Source: an uncultured Planctomycetia bacterium (GTDB lineage: Bacteria; Omnitrophota; Gorgyraeia; 2-02-FULL-51-18). From it: DNA of 64,000 nucleotides. The DNA lies in the NCBI GenBank assembly GCA_964373505.1, contig CAYJVC010000001.1, forward strand, positions 41,630-105,629, read 5' to 3'. The stretch's first letter is position 1. Every line of letters starts with the position of its first letter. Below are positions 18,608 to 28,197 of this stretch, piece by piece. Both the position numbers and the translations under genes were made by a program. Under the pieces are notes generated by a model. It was not told the DNA's origin, searched no databases, and was given only the letters and a program-made list of their open reading frames with translations.

Positions 18608-20071
18608 ATGGCGCTGAAAATCTATAACTCGCTTACGAATCAGAAAGAAGAATTTAAGCCGCTGAATGCACCTGATGTGAAAATGTATGTTTGCGGCCCG
18701 ACGGTTTATGACGAGCCGCACATCGGGCATCTACGATCGGCACATGTATTCCAGGTCATAAGGAATTATCTGAAATACAAAAAGTACAATGTTACATTTG
18801 TGCGGAATGTTACAGACATAGATGACAAAATCATTGATAAAGCAAGGGAGCTCAAGAAAGCAGACCTAAATAATGCCGTTAAAGAGGTATCCGAAGTATA
18901 TTACAAAAAATATAAGGATGCGCTTTATGCGTTGATGGCTGACATAAAAGATCCACCCGACCAGGAGCCGAAAGCCACCGATCATATCCAAGACATGGTG
19001 CTATTGATCAAGGGCTTGATAGGAAAAGGCTATGCTTACGCTATCAATGGCGACGTATATTTTGAGGTCGATAAATTTGCCGAGTACGGAAAGCTTTCCC
19101 ACCAGAAGAAGGAAATGATGATGGATGGAGTGCGGATCGACCCCAATGAGAGAAAAAAAAGTCCGCTCGATTTCGCTTTATGGAAAGAGGCGAAGGAGGA
19201 AGAGCCATCTTGGCAGGGACCGGTAGAAGGTAAGTTCGGCAGACCTGGCTGGCATATCGAATGTTCGGCCATGAGCATGAAGCACCTCGGCGGCACATTG
19301 GATATTCACGGAGGCGGGCGCGATTTGATTTTTCCTCATCATGAAAATGAGATCGCTCAATCTGAGGCAAATACGGGGGGGATTTTTGCCAGGTATTGGC
19401 TGCATCACGGGCTTGTCACCATCAACGGACAGAAAATGTCAAAATCATTGAAGAACTATTTGACACTTAGTCAAATTAAAAATAATTATCCCTACGGCGA
19501 AGAATTGCTAAAACTACTTTTTCTTAATACTCACTACCGGGCCCCTTTGGATTTTTCTGACGATCGGATGGCAATGCAGGAGTCCATATTTCATAAATTG
19601 CGAGTTTTTTTTGACACGGTTCAGCAATTGAACATTCAGAAAATAGTGAACTTAGTGAAAAATAGCGAGTTGGAGAATATAGAAGCAAATTTTATGAACG
19701 CCATGGATGATGATTTTAATACCCCACTGGCTTTTTCAAAGCTGCAGGAGATGATGCATTATTCGTGGAAGAGTAATGATCCAACCGTCATGATGGCAGC
19801 GGCTGAGAAAATAAGCCGTCTTGGTAAACATGTATTCTCGCTTTTTACAGGGTGGGATATATCTGCCTTCTTTAACCCTGATCGAGGTGTTAGGGATAAT
19901 AAAGATCTTAAGCTTGACAGAGAAGTTCAACCCGAAATTGAAAGACGATATGAAGCGAGGAAAAAGAAGGATTTCAAACTGGCCGACGAAATTCGTGAAA
20001 ATTTGCGAGTTCGCTATCAGCTTGAACTCGTTGATTGGAAAGACGGTCGAACTACCTGGAGAAGTTTATGA
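18608..20071 (+). CDS. cysS: Cysteinyl-tRNA synthetase (class I)
   Basis: HIGH (HIGHLRSAHVFQV) and KMSKS motifs, Zn-binding Cys. The gene is markedly AT-rich relative to its neighbours. Confidence 0.95.
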   Translation: MALKIYNSLTNQKEEFKPLNAPDVKMYVCGPTVYDEPHIGHLRSAHVFQVIRNYLKYKKYNVTFVRNVTDIDDKIIDKARELKKADLNNAVKEVSEVYYKKYKDALYALMADIKDPPDQEPKATDHIQDMVLLIKGLIGKGYAYAINGDVYFEVDKFAEYGKLSHQKKEMMMDGVRIDPNERKKSPLDFALWKEAKEEEPSWQGPVEGKFGRPGWHIECSAMSMKHLGGTLDIHGGGRDLIFPHHENEIAQSEANTGGIFARYWLHHGLVTINGQKMSKSLKNYLTLSQIKNNYPYGEELLKLLFLNTHYRAPLDFSDDRMAMQESIFHKLRVFFDTVQQLNIQKIVNLVKNSELENIEANFMNAMDDDFNTPLAFSKLQEMMHYSWKSNDPTVMMAAAEKISRLGKHVFSLFTGWDISAFFNPDRGVRDNKDLKLDREVQPEIERRYEARKKKDFKLADEIRENLRVRYQLELVDWKDGRTTWRSL

Positions 20072-20697
20072 GCGAAAGGGGTATTTTGATCACATTTGAG
20101 GGCGGGGAAGGCAGTGGCAAGTCCACTCAGGTGAAGCTGCTTTACCGCTATTTGAGGAAACGTGGTCGCCGTGTTTTCTTGACGCGTGAGCCGGGCGGCA
20201 CGAAGATCAGCGACAAGATCCGTAAAATCCTGCTGGATAAAAAACACAATCGGATGACGCCACTTTGCGAAACGCTGTTGTACATGGCAAGCCGCGCGCA
20301 GTTGGCCGAGGAAGTGATACGCCCGAAGTTTAAGCGGGGTTTTATCGTGCTGTGCGACCGGTGGCTCGACGCGACACTGGCTTACCAAGGGTACGGCGCC
20401 GGCGTGGATATCCGCTGGATTCAGTCTTTGGGCCGGACCGCGACCGCGGGCATCAAGCCTAAATTGACCGTTTTTCTGGACCTGCCGGTCGAGTTGGGGT
20501 TGCGCCGCGCCAAAAACCACGGGCCCGCGGACCGGATGGAAAGGAAGGCGCTTTTGTTCCATAAAAAAGTACGCGCCGGTTATCTTGCCATTGCTAAGAA
20601 AGAACCAGGCCGCATACGCCGTGTTCTGGTAAGGCCCAGGGATAGCGCGCACGAAGTATTTGAGAAAGTGAAAAAGGCGGTTCGCCGTGTCATTTAG
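20068..20697 (+). CDS. tmk: Thymidylate kinase
   Basis: ILITFEGGEGSGKSTQ P-loop, TREPGGT, LID region. ATGA-type overlap with cysS stop. Confidence 0.9.
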   Translation: MSERGILITFEGGEGSGKSTQVKLLYRYLRKRGRRVFLTREPGGTKISDKIRKILLDKKHNRMTPLCETLLYMASRAQLAEEVIRPKFKRGFIVLCDRWLDATLAYQGYGAGVDIRWIQSLGRTATAGIKPKLTVFLDLPVELGLRRAKNHGPADRMERKALLFHKKVRAGYLAIAKKEPGRIRRVLVRPRDSAHEVFEKVKKAVRRVI

Positions 20698-21559
20698 GGA
20701 ACTCAAAGATCAGCCGAACGTCATCCCGGCGATCAAGGCTGCGCTCGAAAAGGGGCGTTTGGGGCACGCGCTTTTGTTTCAGGGGGGTTCCGATTCGGCC
20801 TCCCGCGAAACAGCGATGGAGCTTGCAAAAGCGCTTTTCTGCGAGGATCTCAAAGAATGGGAGTCTTGTGACGCGTGCCGCCCCTGCCGGCTGGTGGTCC
20901 GCAACGCGCATCCGGATTATCTCAAGGTGTCCCCGCTCGAAGGTTCCGAGGTCGTGAAGATCGGGCAGATCCGGGAGCTTGTGGCGACAGCCAATCTCAA
21001 GCCTTTTGAAGCGCGCTCCAAGCTCTTTGTGATCGATCCGGCCGAGGCGATGAATGAAGAGGCGCAGAGCGCATTCCTTAAGACGCTCGAGGAGCCTCCG
21101 GGGTCCACGCGCTTTGTTCTCATCACCCGGAATCCGGCGGGACTTCTCGAAACCATTCGCTCGCGCTGCCGGCTATTTTCTTTTGCGCCTTCGCGTGAAG
21201 CAGCCTCGAAAGACCCGGAGCTTGAGGGCCTGAAGCGGGAGGCGACCGAGATTTTTCTATCACGAGGCGAGCGGCGTACGCCGGGTCTTCCGGATCTGGC
21301 CAAGTTTGAGCGGGAAGAGGTTCAGGAGCTTTTAGACACGCTCATGGAGTATTTCCGGGATTGTCTCCTCATCCGGGTGGGGGCGGACGCGATGCTTTCG
21401 GGGGAGGAAGATCTTAGCCGCAAACGCAGGGTTGCCGGCGAACGAAGCGAGACCGAGCTTCAAGACTTGATCCAATTTTTTTCAGAAATAAAGGAAAAAG
21501 TTTCCGAAAAGGTGAACTTGAAGCTTGTGGCGTCGGCGCTTTGGGAGGCGGCACCGTGA
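20687..21559 (+). CDS. holB: DNA polymerase III delta-prime subunit
   Basis: AAA+ clamp-loader fold with degenerate Walker A, Zn module CxxC..C..C, SRC-like arginine finger motif SRCRLFSF. Confidence 0.75.
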   Translation: MSFRELKDQPNVIPAIKAALEKGRLGHALLFQGGSDSASRETAMELAKALFCEDLKEWESCDACRPCRLVVRNAHPDYLKVSPLEGSEVVKIGQIRELVATANLKPFEARSKLFVIDPAEAMNEEAQSAFLKTLEEPPGSTRFVLITRNPAGLLETIRSRCRLFSFAPSREAASKDPELEGLKREATEIFLSRGERRTPGLPDLAKFEREEVQELLDTLMEYFRDCLLIRVGADAMLSGEEDLSRKRRVAGERSETELQDLIQFFSEIKEKVSEKVNLKLVASALWEAAP

Positions 21560-21628
21560 CCCCGCCCCCTGATCGTAACGGTCGCGAAGCGATCGGTCGC
21601 CATGGCGACCGATCAGGGGGTGGGGTGA
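21556..21628 (+). repeat. Structured intergenic element copy E3: arms CCCCGCCCCCTGATCG / CGATCAGGGGGTGGGG (one G-U wobble), between holB stop (GTGA) and metG GTG start
   Basis: Arms 21560-21575 vs 21610-21625. Inner perfect 24-bp palindrome GATCGGTCGCCATGGCGACCGATC shares CGATC with right arm. Element length 69 nt keeps left GTG in frame with metG. Confidence 0.8.
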
Positions 21629-23187
21629 AGTGCTACCTGACGACCCCGCTTTATTACGTGAATTCGAAGCCACACATCGGGCATTCGTACACGAATATCG
21701 CGGCCGATACGCTGGCGCGCTTCAAGCGGCTCCAAGGGAATGACGTGCTTTTCCTGACAGGCACCGACGAGCATGGTCAAAAAATAGTCAAGGCGGCGCA
21801 AAGCGCCGGCATGGAGCCGGGCCCCTTCACGGATAAGATGTCGATGACATTCCGCGATCTTTGGAAAACGCTCGGCATTTCCCACGACGATTTTATCCGG
21901 ACGACGGAGCCGAGACACCGGGAGGCCGTGCGCCACGTTTGGACAGAGCTTCAAAGAAAAGGAGACATTTATACGGCGGCCTATAAGGGCTATTACTGTA
22001 CGCCCTGTGAGACATTTTTAGCCGACGAGTACGTGCGCCAGCAAAAGGCGGCGGGGCAGGAAATCGTTTGCCCGGACTGCAAGCGTCCGGTCGAGCGGAT
22101 TGAGGAGAATAATTTCTTTTTTAAAACATCACCATACCAGGACTGGTTGATCGGCTGCGTCGAGAAAAACGAGCCGATGAAGGTCCTCCCCGACACGCGC
22201 CGCAACGAAATACTCGGGTTTTTGCGCACGAACAAACTGGAAGACCTTTGTATTTCAAGGCCGAAGAGCCGGCTCGCCTGGGGTATCGAGTCGCCGCTTT
22301 CACAGGAGCACGTGACCTACGTCTGGTTCGACGCGCTCATCAATTACATTTCCGCCTGCGGTTACGGGGACCCCAAAGCCGCAGAGAGGTTCCAAAAATG
22401 GTGGCCCGCCGATGTGCACGTCATCGGCAAGGACATCCTGCGCCAACATGCGGTTTACTGGCCGATCCTGCTGCACGCGCTCGGGCTCGACCTTCCAAGA
22501 CTGATCTTTGCACACGGTTGGTGGGTGCAAGGCGGCGAGAAAATGTCAAAATCCAAGGGTAATGTTATAGATCCCGCCGAGATAGTAAGGTGTTACGGCG
22601 TTGACGCGTACCGTTATTTTCTCTTGAGTGAAACACCCTTTGGGCAAGACGGTACTTTTAGCGAGGAAGCTTTGACCCAGCGTTTTAACCGTGATCTTGG
22701 CAATGACCTGGGAAATCTTTTGCACAGAACACTGACTATGTGTGAAAAATACTTTGAGGGGGAGATCCCGAAAGGGATTTCAGCCCGATGCGACGGCCAG
22801 CTTCGGCAGAGCGTGAATGAACTCGCGCCGGCGCTCGGACCGATGATGGAAAGGCTTGCGTTTTCAGAAGCGCTTTCGGTGGTCTGGTCGCTCGTGAACC
22901 AAGCCAACAAGTCGATAGAAGCAGCGGCGCCATGGACTTTGTACAAAGAAGGTAAAACCCAAGAGCTTAAAGCCGCCGTTGTGTCATGGCTTGAAGCATT
23001 GAAGGCCATTGCGCAGGCGGTGTGGCCTTTTATGCCGGCTACCGGCGAAGCCATTTGGAACCAGCTCGGCATAAAGGAAAAACTTTGGAAAGAGCCGTTT
23101 AAGGAAAACCTATGGGGTTTTTTTGAAAAGGGCGGCCGCATTCAAAAGGGTGCGCCGCTTTTTCCCCGCATAGAAACTAAGAAATAA
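21625..23187 (+). CDS. metG: Methionyl-tRNA synthetase (short form, no C-terminal tRNA-binding extension)
   Basis: VKCYLTTPLYYVNSKPHIGHSYT (HIGH region), KMSKS (KMSKSKGN), Zn knuckle CTPCE..CPDC. ORF caller start 21541 is an N-terminal over-extension through element E3. Confidence 0.9.
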   Translation: MKCYLTTPLYYVNSKPHIGHSYTNIAADTLARFKRLQGNDVLFLTGTDEHGQKIVKAAQSAGMEPGPFTDKMSMTFRDLWKTLGISHDDFIRTTEPRHREAVRHVWTELQRKGDIYTAAYKGYYCTPCETFLADEYVRQQKAAGQEIVCPDCKRPVERIEENNFFFKTSPYQDWLIGCVEKNEPMKVLPDTRRNEILGFLRTNKLEDLCISRPKSRLAWGIESPLSQEHVTYVWFDALINYISACGYGDPKAAERFQKWWPADVHVIGKDILRQHAVYWPILLHALGLDLPRLIFAHGWWVQGGEKMSKSKGNVIDPAEIVRCYGVDAYRYFLLSETPFGQDGTFSEEALTQRFNRDLGNDLGNLLHRTLTMCEKYFEGEIPKGISARCDGQLRQSVNELAPALGPMMERLAFSEALSVVWSLVNQANKSIEAAAPWTLYKEGKTQELKAAVVSWLEALKAIAQAVWPFMPATGEAIWNQLGIKEKLWKEPFKENLWGFFEKGGRIQKGAPLFPRIETKK

Positions 23188-23210
23188 AGCTCGCCGGATC
23201 GGATGAATTT

Positions 23211-24374
23211 ATGGAAGTTTATCTAGATTATAACTCGACCACTCCGCTGGACCCGATGGTCCTCGAGGCCATGAAGCCGTTCCTTGTGAGCGAATTCGGC
23301 AACGCCTCGAGCTTTCATAAAAAAGGTCAGGCGAGCCGTCACGCCGTGGAGTCCGCCCGGGAGACGATCGCGGGCGCGTTGGGCGCCGAGCCCGGCGATG
23401 TCATTTTCACCTCGGGGGGCACCGAGTCGGACAATCTGGCCGTGAAGGGAGCGATGGAAAGCTTTGCCGGTAAAAGAAATCACCTCATTGTATCATCCAT
23501 CGAACATCAGGCGGTTCTGCACCCGGCGCAGTTTCTCGAGAAAAAAGGCGCGCGCGTGACCTATCTGCCGGTGGACCACGAAGGCCGGGTGGATCTGGAC
23601 GCTCTGAAAGCGAGCGTTTCGCCAGACACGGCGCTTGTGAGCCTCATGCATGTGAACAACGAAACGGGATCGATCCAGCCCATCCGTGAAGCGGCGCGCC
23701 TGGCGCACGAGAAAGGCGCCTGGTTCCATACCGACGCCGTGCAATCTTTCGGAAAGATCGGGATAGACATCGACGAAACAGGAGCGGACCTTGTCTCAAT
23801 GTCCGCGCATAAGATCTGCGGCCCCAAGGGCGCGGGTGCGCTTTATGTTAAAAAAGGGATCAAACTGAAGGCTTTGACGCATGGGGGACATCAGGAGAAG
23901 AATTTAAGACCAGGCACGGAAAATGTCACGGCGATCGTGGGGTTTGGGAAAGCTTGTGAGCTGGCTCTCAAATGCGGCACCCAGGAGTCTGCGAGAGTGT
24001 TGAGTCTGCGCGAGAAACTTCATCACGGTCTTTTGAACGCCGTTCCTGATCTGGAGCTGAACGGCCATCCGGTGCAGCGGATCTACAACACACTGAACGC
24101 TTCGTTCCCAGGTCTAGACGGGGAAACGCTGCTGATGAATTTAGATCTCAAGGGGATCTGTGTTTCCACGGGCTCCGCCTGCACGGCCGGGTCTATCGAG
24201 CCATCCCACGTGCTTTTGGCGATGGGGTTATCCCAGAAGCGGGCGCGGGCTGCGATCCGCTTCTCCCTCGGCCGGTTTACGCAGACTCAGGAGATCGATT
24301 ATGCGCTCGCCGAGATCCCGCCTGTCATTCATAGGTTAAGGAGCGCTTCCACGGAAAGGGTCAAAGGGAAATGA
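23211..24374 (+). CDS. iscS: Cysteine desulfurase (NifS/IscS family, class V PLP)
   Basis: LDYNSTTPLDP, SAHKICGPKGAGALYV (PLP-Lys), active-site loop STGSACTAGSIEPSHVL. Confidence 0.85.
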   Translation: MEVYLDYNSTTPLDPMVLEAMKPFLVSEFGNASSFHKKGQASRHAVESARETIAGALGAEPGDVIFTSGGTESDNLAVKGAMESFAGKRNHLIVSSIEHQAVLHPAQFLEKKGARVTYLPVDHEGRVDLDALKASVSPDTALVSLMHVNNETGSIQPIREAARLAHEKGAWFHTDAVQSFGKIGIDIDETGADLVSMSAHKICGPKGAGALYVKKGIKLKALTHGGHQEKNLRPGTENVTAIVGFGKACELALKCGTQESARVLSLREKLHHGLLNAVPDLELNGHPVQRIYNTLNASFPGLDGETLLMNLDLKGICVSTGSACTAGSIEPSHVLLAMGLSQKRARAAIRFSLGRFTQTQEIDYALAEIPPVIHRLRSASTERVKGK

Positions 24375-25156
24375 TCGTAGACACCCATTGTCATCTTTTT
24401 TTTGACGCGTTCGACGCTGACCGTGAAGCCGTGATCAATCGCGCGAAAGAATTCGGCGTAAAATACATGGTGAACGTGGGCACGGACCCTGAGGCGAACC
24501 AAAAAGCCCTGGGCCTGTCAAAAAAATACGCGGGCCTTTTCTGGACCGCTGGCATGCATCCGCACTCTGCGCACCTGGCGACGGAAGAGGTCTTGGAGGA
24601 GCTGGGCCAATTTATAAAACGTGAAAAACCCTCGGCTGTCGGCGAGATAGGCCTCGATTACTTTAAGAGCGAAGCTCCACCTAAAACCCAGAAAAAAGTC
24701 TTTGCGCGCATGCTCCATATCGCCATGGAAAACAAACTGCCCGTTATCGTTCACTCGAGGAATGCTTTTAAAGACACCCTAGATATTGTCATGGCCGAGG
24801 CAAACGGTGGCCTGAAAGGCGTCATGCACTGCTTTTCCTATGACTTGCAGGCATTGGAAGAGCTCCTGAGGATCGGATTTTTAGTTTCCTTCACCTGCAA
24901 CGTCACTTTTAAGAATGCGGGCGCGCTCCTTGAAGTGGCAAAGAATGCGCCTTTAGACCACATCATGCTTGAAACGGATTCACCGTATCTGGCACCCCAG
25001 ATCTACCGGGGGAAACGAAACGAGCCCTCTTGTCTCGCGCACCTGGCGCAGATCCTGTCGGAGGCTAGGAATATTTCTCTGGAAGAACTGGAAGCGGCTA
25101 CGACAAAAACCGCCGTCAATTTTTTCAAGTTGCCTGCTATCCCGCCGTCCGCATGA
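24371..25156 (+). CDS. tatD: TatD-family metal-dependent hydrolase/DNase
   Basis: IVDTHCHL, GEIGLDY, HSR, LETDSPYL motifs. Confidence 0.85.
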   Translation: MIVDTHCHLFFDAFDADREAVINRAKEFGVKYMVNVGTDPEANQKALGLSKKYAGLFWTAGMHPHSAHLATEEVLEELGQFIKREKPSAVGEIGLDYFKSEAPPKTQKKVFARMLHIAMENKLPVIVHSRNAFKDTLDIVMAEANGGLKGVMHCFSYDLQALEELLRIGFLVSFTCNVTFKNAGALLEVAKNAPLDHIMLETDSPYLAPQIYRGKRNEPSCLAHLAQILSEARNISLEELEAATTKTAVNFFKLPAIPPSA

Positions 25157-26199
25157 GATCCTTTACGGCGATGATCCGGTCTAACCGGGCGGCCTTTGGC
25201 ATGCTTGCGTTCACGCTGATCGTTTATTTATTTCTTTTCGCCGTGGGCCGCGCCGCCGAAAAGAGCGTTGAAACGCCGGAGACGCAAATCCAGGAGAAGC
25301 TCTCGAAAGAGGAGCTGAAACAAAAGGAGGAAGCATTTAAGGAGAATATCCGGCGGTATCCCGCACTTGCCGGCTTCGTAACGCTCGCATTTCTTCTCGT
25401 TTTATTCGCGGGGATCGGACTTGACGCTTATTTTGCGATCCGGAAGTTCCGGGGGTTACCGGGCCTTAAAGGCCAGGCGACGGAAACGACCGTCGCGTGG
25501 GGGCTTGGGGAAGTGGCACATCTTTTCATTTTTTTGTTCTTCATGGAAGCGCTGATCGTGTTCGTCGAGCTTGTCACGGCTTCGTTCGTGGATCTCCTGC
25601 ACTGGAATAAGGATGCGATCCTCATGGGCAATAGTTTCCTACGAAATACGGGCGCCGCGCTTTGGGTGATCGCGCGTGTCGCCGGACATTTTCGGGCACC
25701 GCTTGCCTCGATAGGGCTCACGACGCGCTCATTCTGGAAAAATGTTAAAATAGGGATGGTGGGGTACCTCGCCGTGATCCCTCCGCTTTTGGGCACCCTG
25801 GCGGCTATGGCGTGGGTTGCGCAGCTTTTTTCGTACGAACCCGAGCCGCAGACGATCGTACAGATCTATTTGAAGAGTTCTTCGGACAATTACCTTCTTT
25901 ATTTTACCCTGTTCGTGGCGCTTGTCGGGCCCGTGATCGAGGAGATCTTTTTTAGAGGCTTTACCTACACGGCTTTCCGGCACCGCTGGGGTGTGAAGTG
26001 GGCGCTTGTCGGGTCGTCAGGGCTTTTTGCGCTGATGCACCTGGATCTCATCACTTTTTTTCCGATCTTTGTGCTGGGTATTTTCCTGGCATATCTGTAT
26101 GAAAAAACGGGCTCGCTCGTACCGTCGATGGTCGTGCATGTGACGCACAATTTTTTGATGGTGAGTGCAACGCTGTTCTTCAAAGGAGTCGCCGCGTGA
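25153..26199 (+). CDS. CPBP (CAAX/Abi) family intramembrane metalloprotease
   Basis: Multi-TM with EEIFFRG and FALMHL motifs typical of Abi/CPBP. Confidence 0.7.
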   Translation: MRSFTAMIRSNRAAFGMLAFTLIVYLFLFAVGRAAEKSVETPETQIQEKLSKEELKQKEEAFKENIRRYPALAGFVTLAFLLVLFAGIGLDAYFAIRKFRGLPGLKGQATETTVAWGLGEVAHLFIFLFFMEALIVFVELVTASFVDLLHWNKDAILMGNSFLRNTGAALWVIARVAGHFRAPLASIGLTTRSFWKNVKIGMVGYLAVIPPLLGTLAAMAWVAQLFSYEPEPQTIVQIYLKSSSDNYLLYFTLFVALVGPVIEEIFFRGFTYTAFRHRWGVKWALVGSSGLFALMHLDLITFFPIFVLGIFLAYLYEKTGSLVPSMVVHVTHNFLMVSATLFFKGVAA

Positions 26200-27113
26200 C
26201 CCTCACGCTTAAAGAGACGGGGGAGTTCGGGTTTATCGACCGCATCCGAAAAATGCTTCCGTGCGGGACAGGCGTGGAGCGGGGCATCGGGGACGATGCC
26301 GCCGTCCTCAGAATAGGAAATAAAAAGGTACTTTTTACGACGGACATGATCCTCGAGGACAGGCATTTTGTTTTGGGTGAAGCATCCGGGTTCGAGATTG
26401 GCTGGAAAGCGCTCAGCGTTAATTTAAGCGATATCGCAGCAATGGGAGGCGTGCCGACGCATGCAGTGGTGGCGCTCGGAATGCCGGCAAGGTTGCCGCT
26501 CCGGTTCGCCGTTGATATCACCAAGGGGATCTGTGCGCTTGCCCGCCGTTTTCGCGTGAACGTTGTGGGCGGGGACACCAACGCCTCGGAAAAGCTTATC
26601 GTGTCGGTGGCGCTTCTCGGTGAAGCCCCGCACGGCCTTGTCACGACGCGATCCGGTGCGAGGCCCGGCGATATCGTTTTTGTGAGCGGCTTTTTGGGGG
26701 GCTCGGCCGCCTCACGGAAGCACCTTCGCTTTATTCCTAGGTTACGCGAGGCTGGTTTTTTAACCGCTCATTTTAATGTGCACGCGATGATGGATATTTC
26801 GGACGGCCTCGCATCGGACATCCACCGGCTCTGCGAACAAAGCGGGACCGGCGTCTGTTTGTCCGAAGAAGCAATACCTAGACAGGCGACAGTAACCCTC
26901 AAACAAGCGTTAACGGACGGTGAGGACTTTGAGCTTCTCTTTACGCTTTCTGCCAAAGACGCTGCGAGACTTGTCCTTTTCAGACCAAAGCGGTCCTTGA
27001 CGCCTTTTCATGAGGTGGGAAAGATCATGCCGAAGCCCTATGGGATCCGCCTCGTCACCGCCGACGGCGCTTCGCGGCCGCTGAAACCCGCAGGTTTCGA
27101 TCATTACCGATGA
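26196..27113 (+). CDS. thiL: Thiamine-monophosphate kinase
   Basis: AIR-synthase-related fold. GEFGFIDRIR, GDDAAVL, TTDMILEDRHF motifs. Confidence 0.85.
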   Translation: MTLTLKETGEFGFIDRIRKMLPCGTGVERGIGDDAAVLRIGNKKVLFTTDMILEDRHFVLGEASGFEIGWKALSVNLSDIAAMGGVPTHAVVALGMPARLPLRFAVDITKGICALARRFRVNVVGGDTNASEKLIVSVALLGEAPHGLVTTRSGARPGDIVFVSGFLGGSAASRKHLRFIPRLREAGFLTAHFNVHAMMDISDGLASDIHRLCEQSGTGVCLSEEAIPRQATVTLKQALTDGEDFELLFTLSAKDAARLVLFRPKRSLTPFHEVGKIMPKPYGIRLVTADGASRPLKPAGFDHYR

Positions 27114-27571
27114 ACTCGAAGCGACACAGGGAGTGGCTGAGCAGATCGGCGGCCGCGACAAAGAGGATCGGGAAAGTTATTAGTGGTTTATTGAAGAAAG
27201 GAGACGTGGTGGCGCTGTTCGGAGAGCTAGGCGCCGGAAAAACAACCCTTGTGAAAGGAATGGCCAAAGGACTCGGCGTCAAGCATGAGTCCCAGGTAGC
27301 GAGCCCAACCTATACCCTGATCCATGAATACCAGGGACGGTGCAGGCTCTTTCATATGGATTGGTATCGGCTGGACTCGCTGAACGGAGCCGATAGAGAA
27401 CTGGCCGAAGAGCATTTTGGTGCGCAGGGGATCACACTGATCGAATGGGCGGACCGCGGCCAAAGTATTCTACCTGAACAACACTTACGTATTGACATCG
27501 AACACAAAGGCCCGCGCAAGCGGCGTATCCGCCTGCATGCGGTAGGCCATACCCGCGATCTTTCCAAATGA
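27110..27571 (+). CDS. tsaE: tRNA t6A37 biosynthesis protein TsaE (YjeE ATPase)
   Basis: GDVVALFGELGAGKTT, SPTYTLIHEY motifs. Confidence 0.85.
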   Translation: MNSKRHREWLSRSAAATKRIGKVISGLLKKGDVVALFGELGAGKTTLVKGMAKGLGVKHESQVASPTYTLIHEYQGRCRLFHMDWYRLDSLNGADRELAEEHFGAQGITLIEWADRGQSILPEQHLRIDIEHKGPRKRRIRLHAVGHTRDLSK

Positions 27572-28197
27572 AAATTTTGGCTTATGATACTTCAAGCGAT
27601 GTGTTGAGTGCTGCGCTCTTTGACGGTCCGAAAAGACTTGCGCAGTCGGGCACGCCGCTTTTTACAAGGCATTCGGACGGCCTTGTCCCGGCGATAGAAA
27701 AACTGCTAAAAAAAGCGCATTGCAACCTAAACGCGCTCGAGTGCATCGCGGTGGGGCTCGGTCCGGGGTCCTTCACCGGCCTGAGAGTCGGTATAACCAC
27801 CGCCAAGTTTTTGTCCTATGCGACAGGTGCCAAGCTCGTCGGCGTCCCGAGCCTCGAGGTCATCGCTTGTCAGGCGAAGTCCTCCGGTAAGAACGTTGCG
27901 GTGATGCGGGATGCAAAAAAGGGGAAGGTCTATGCGGCCATCTACCGGATAGACCCCGCGGGCGTGCCGCGAACCGTTTCTAAACCGCAACTGACCCAGG
28001 AAAAAGATTTCCTGGAACGGTTACGAACGCCGTATGTTCTGATTGAGAAGGATGTGTTTCCAAATGCTACGGACCTGGCCCGTATCGCCAGGGGATTGAT
28101 ACGGCAGAAAAAATATGAAGACCCAAGGAGGCTTGTGCCGCTGTACCTTCATCCTCGGGATTGCAACGTGACGCAACAAAAAACGCATGGCCGGTAA
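27568..28197 (+). CDS. tsaB: tRNA t6A37 biosynthesis protein TsaB (YeaZ, inactive Kae1 paralog)
   Basis: MKILAYDTSSD..., GPGSFTGLRVGI motifs, 209 aa. Confidence 0.8.
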   Translation: MKILAYDTSSDVLSAALFDGPKRLAQSGTPLFTRHSDGLVPAIEKLLKKAHCNLNALECIAVGLGPGSFTGLRVGITTAKFLSYATGAKLVGVPSLEVIACQAKSSGKNVAVMRDAKKGKVYAAIYRIDPAGVPRTVSKPQLTQEKDFLERLRTPYVLIEKDVFPNATDLARIARGLIRQKKYEDPRRLVPLYLHPRDCNVTQQKTHGR

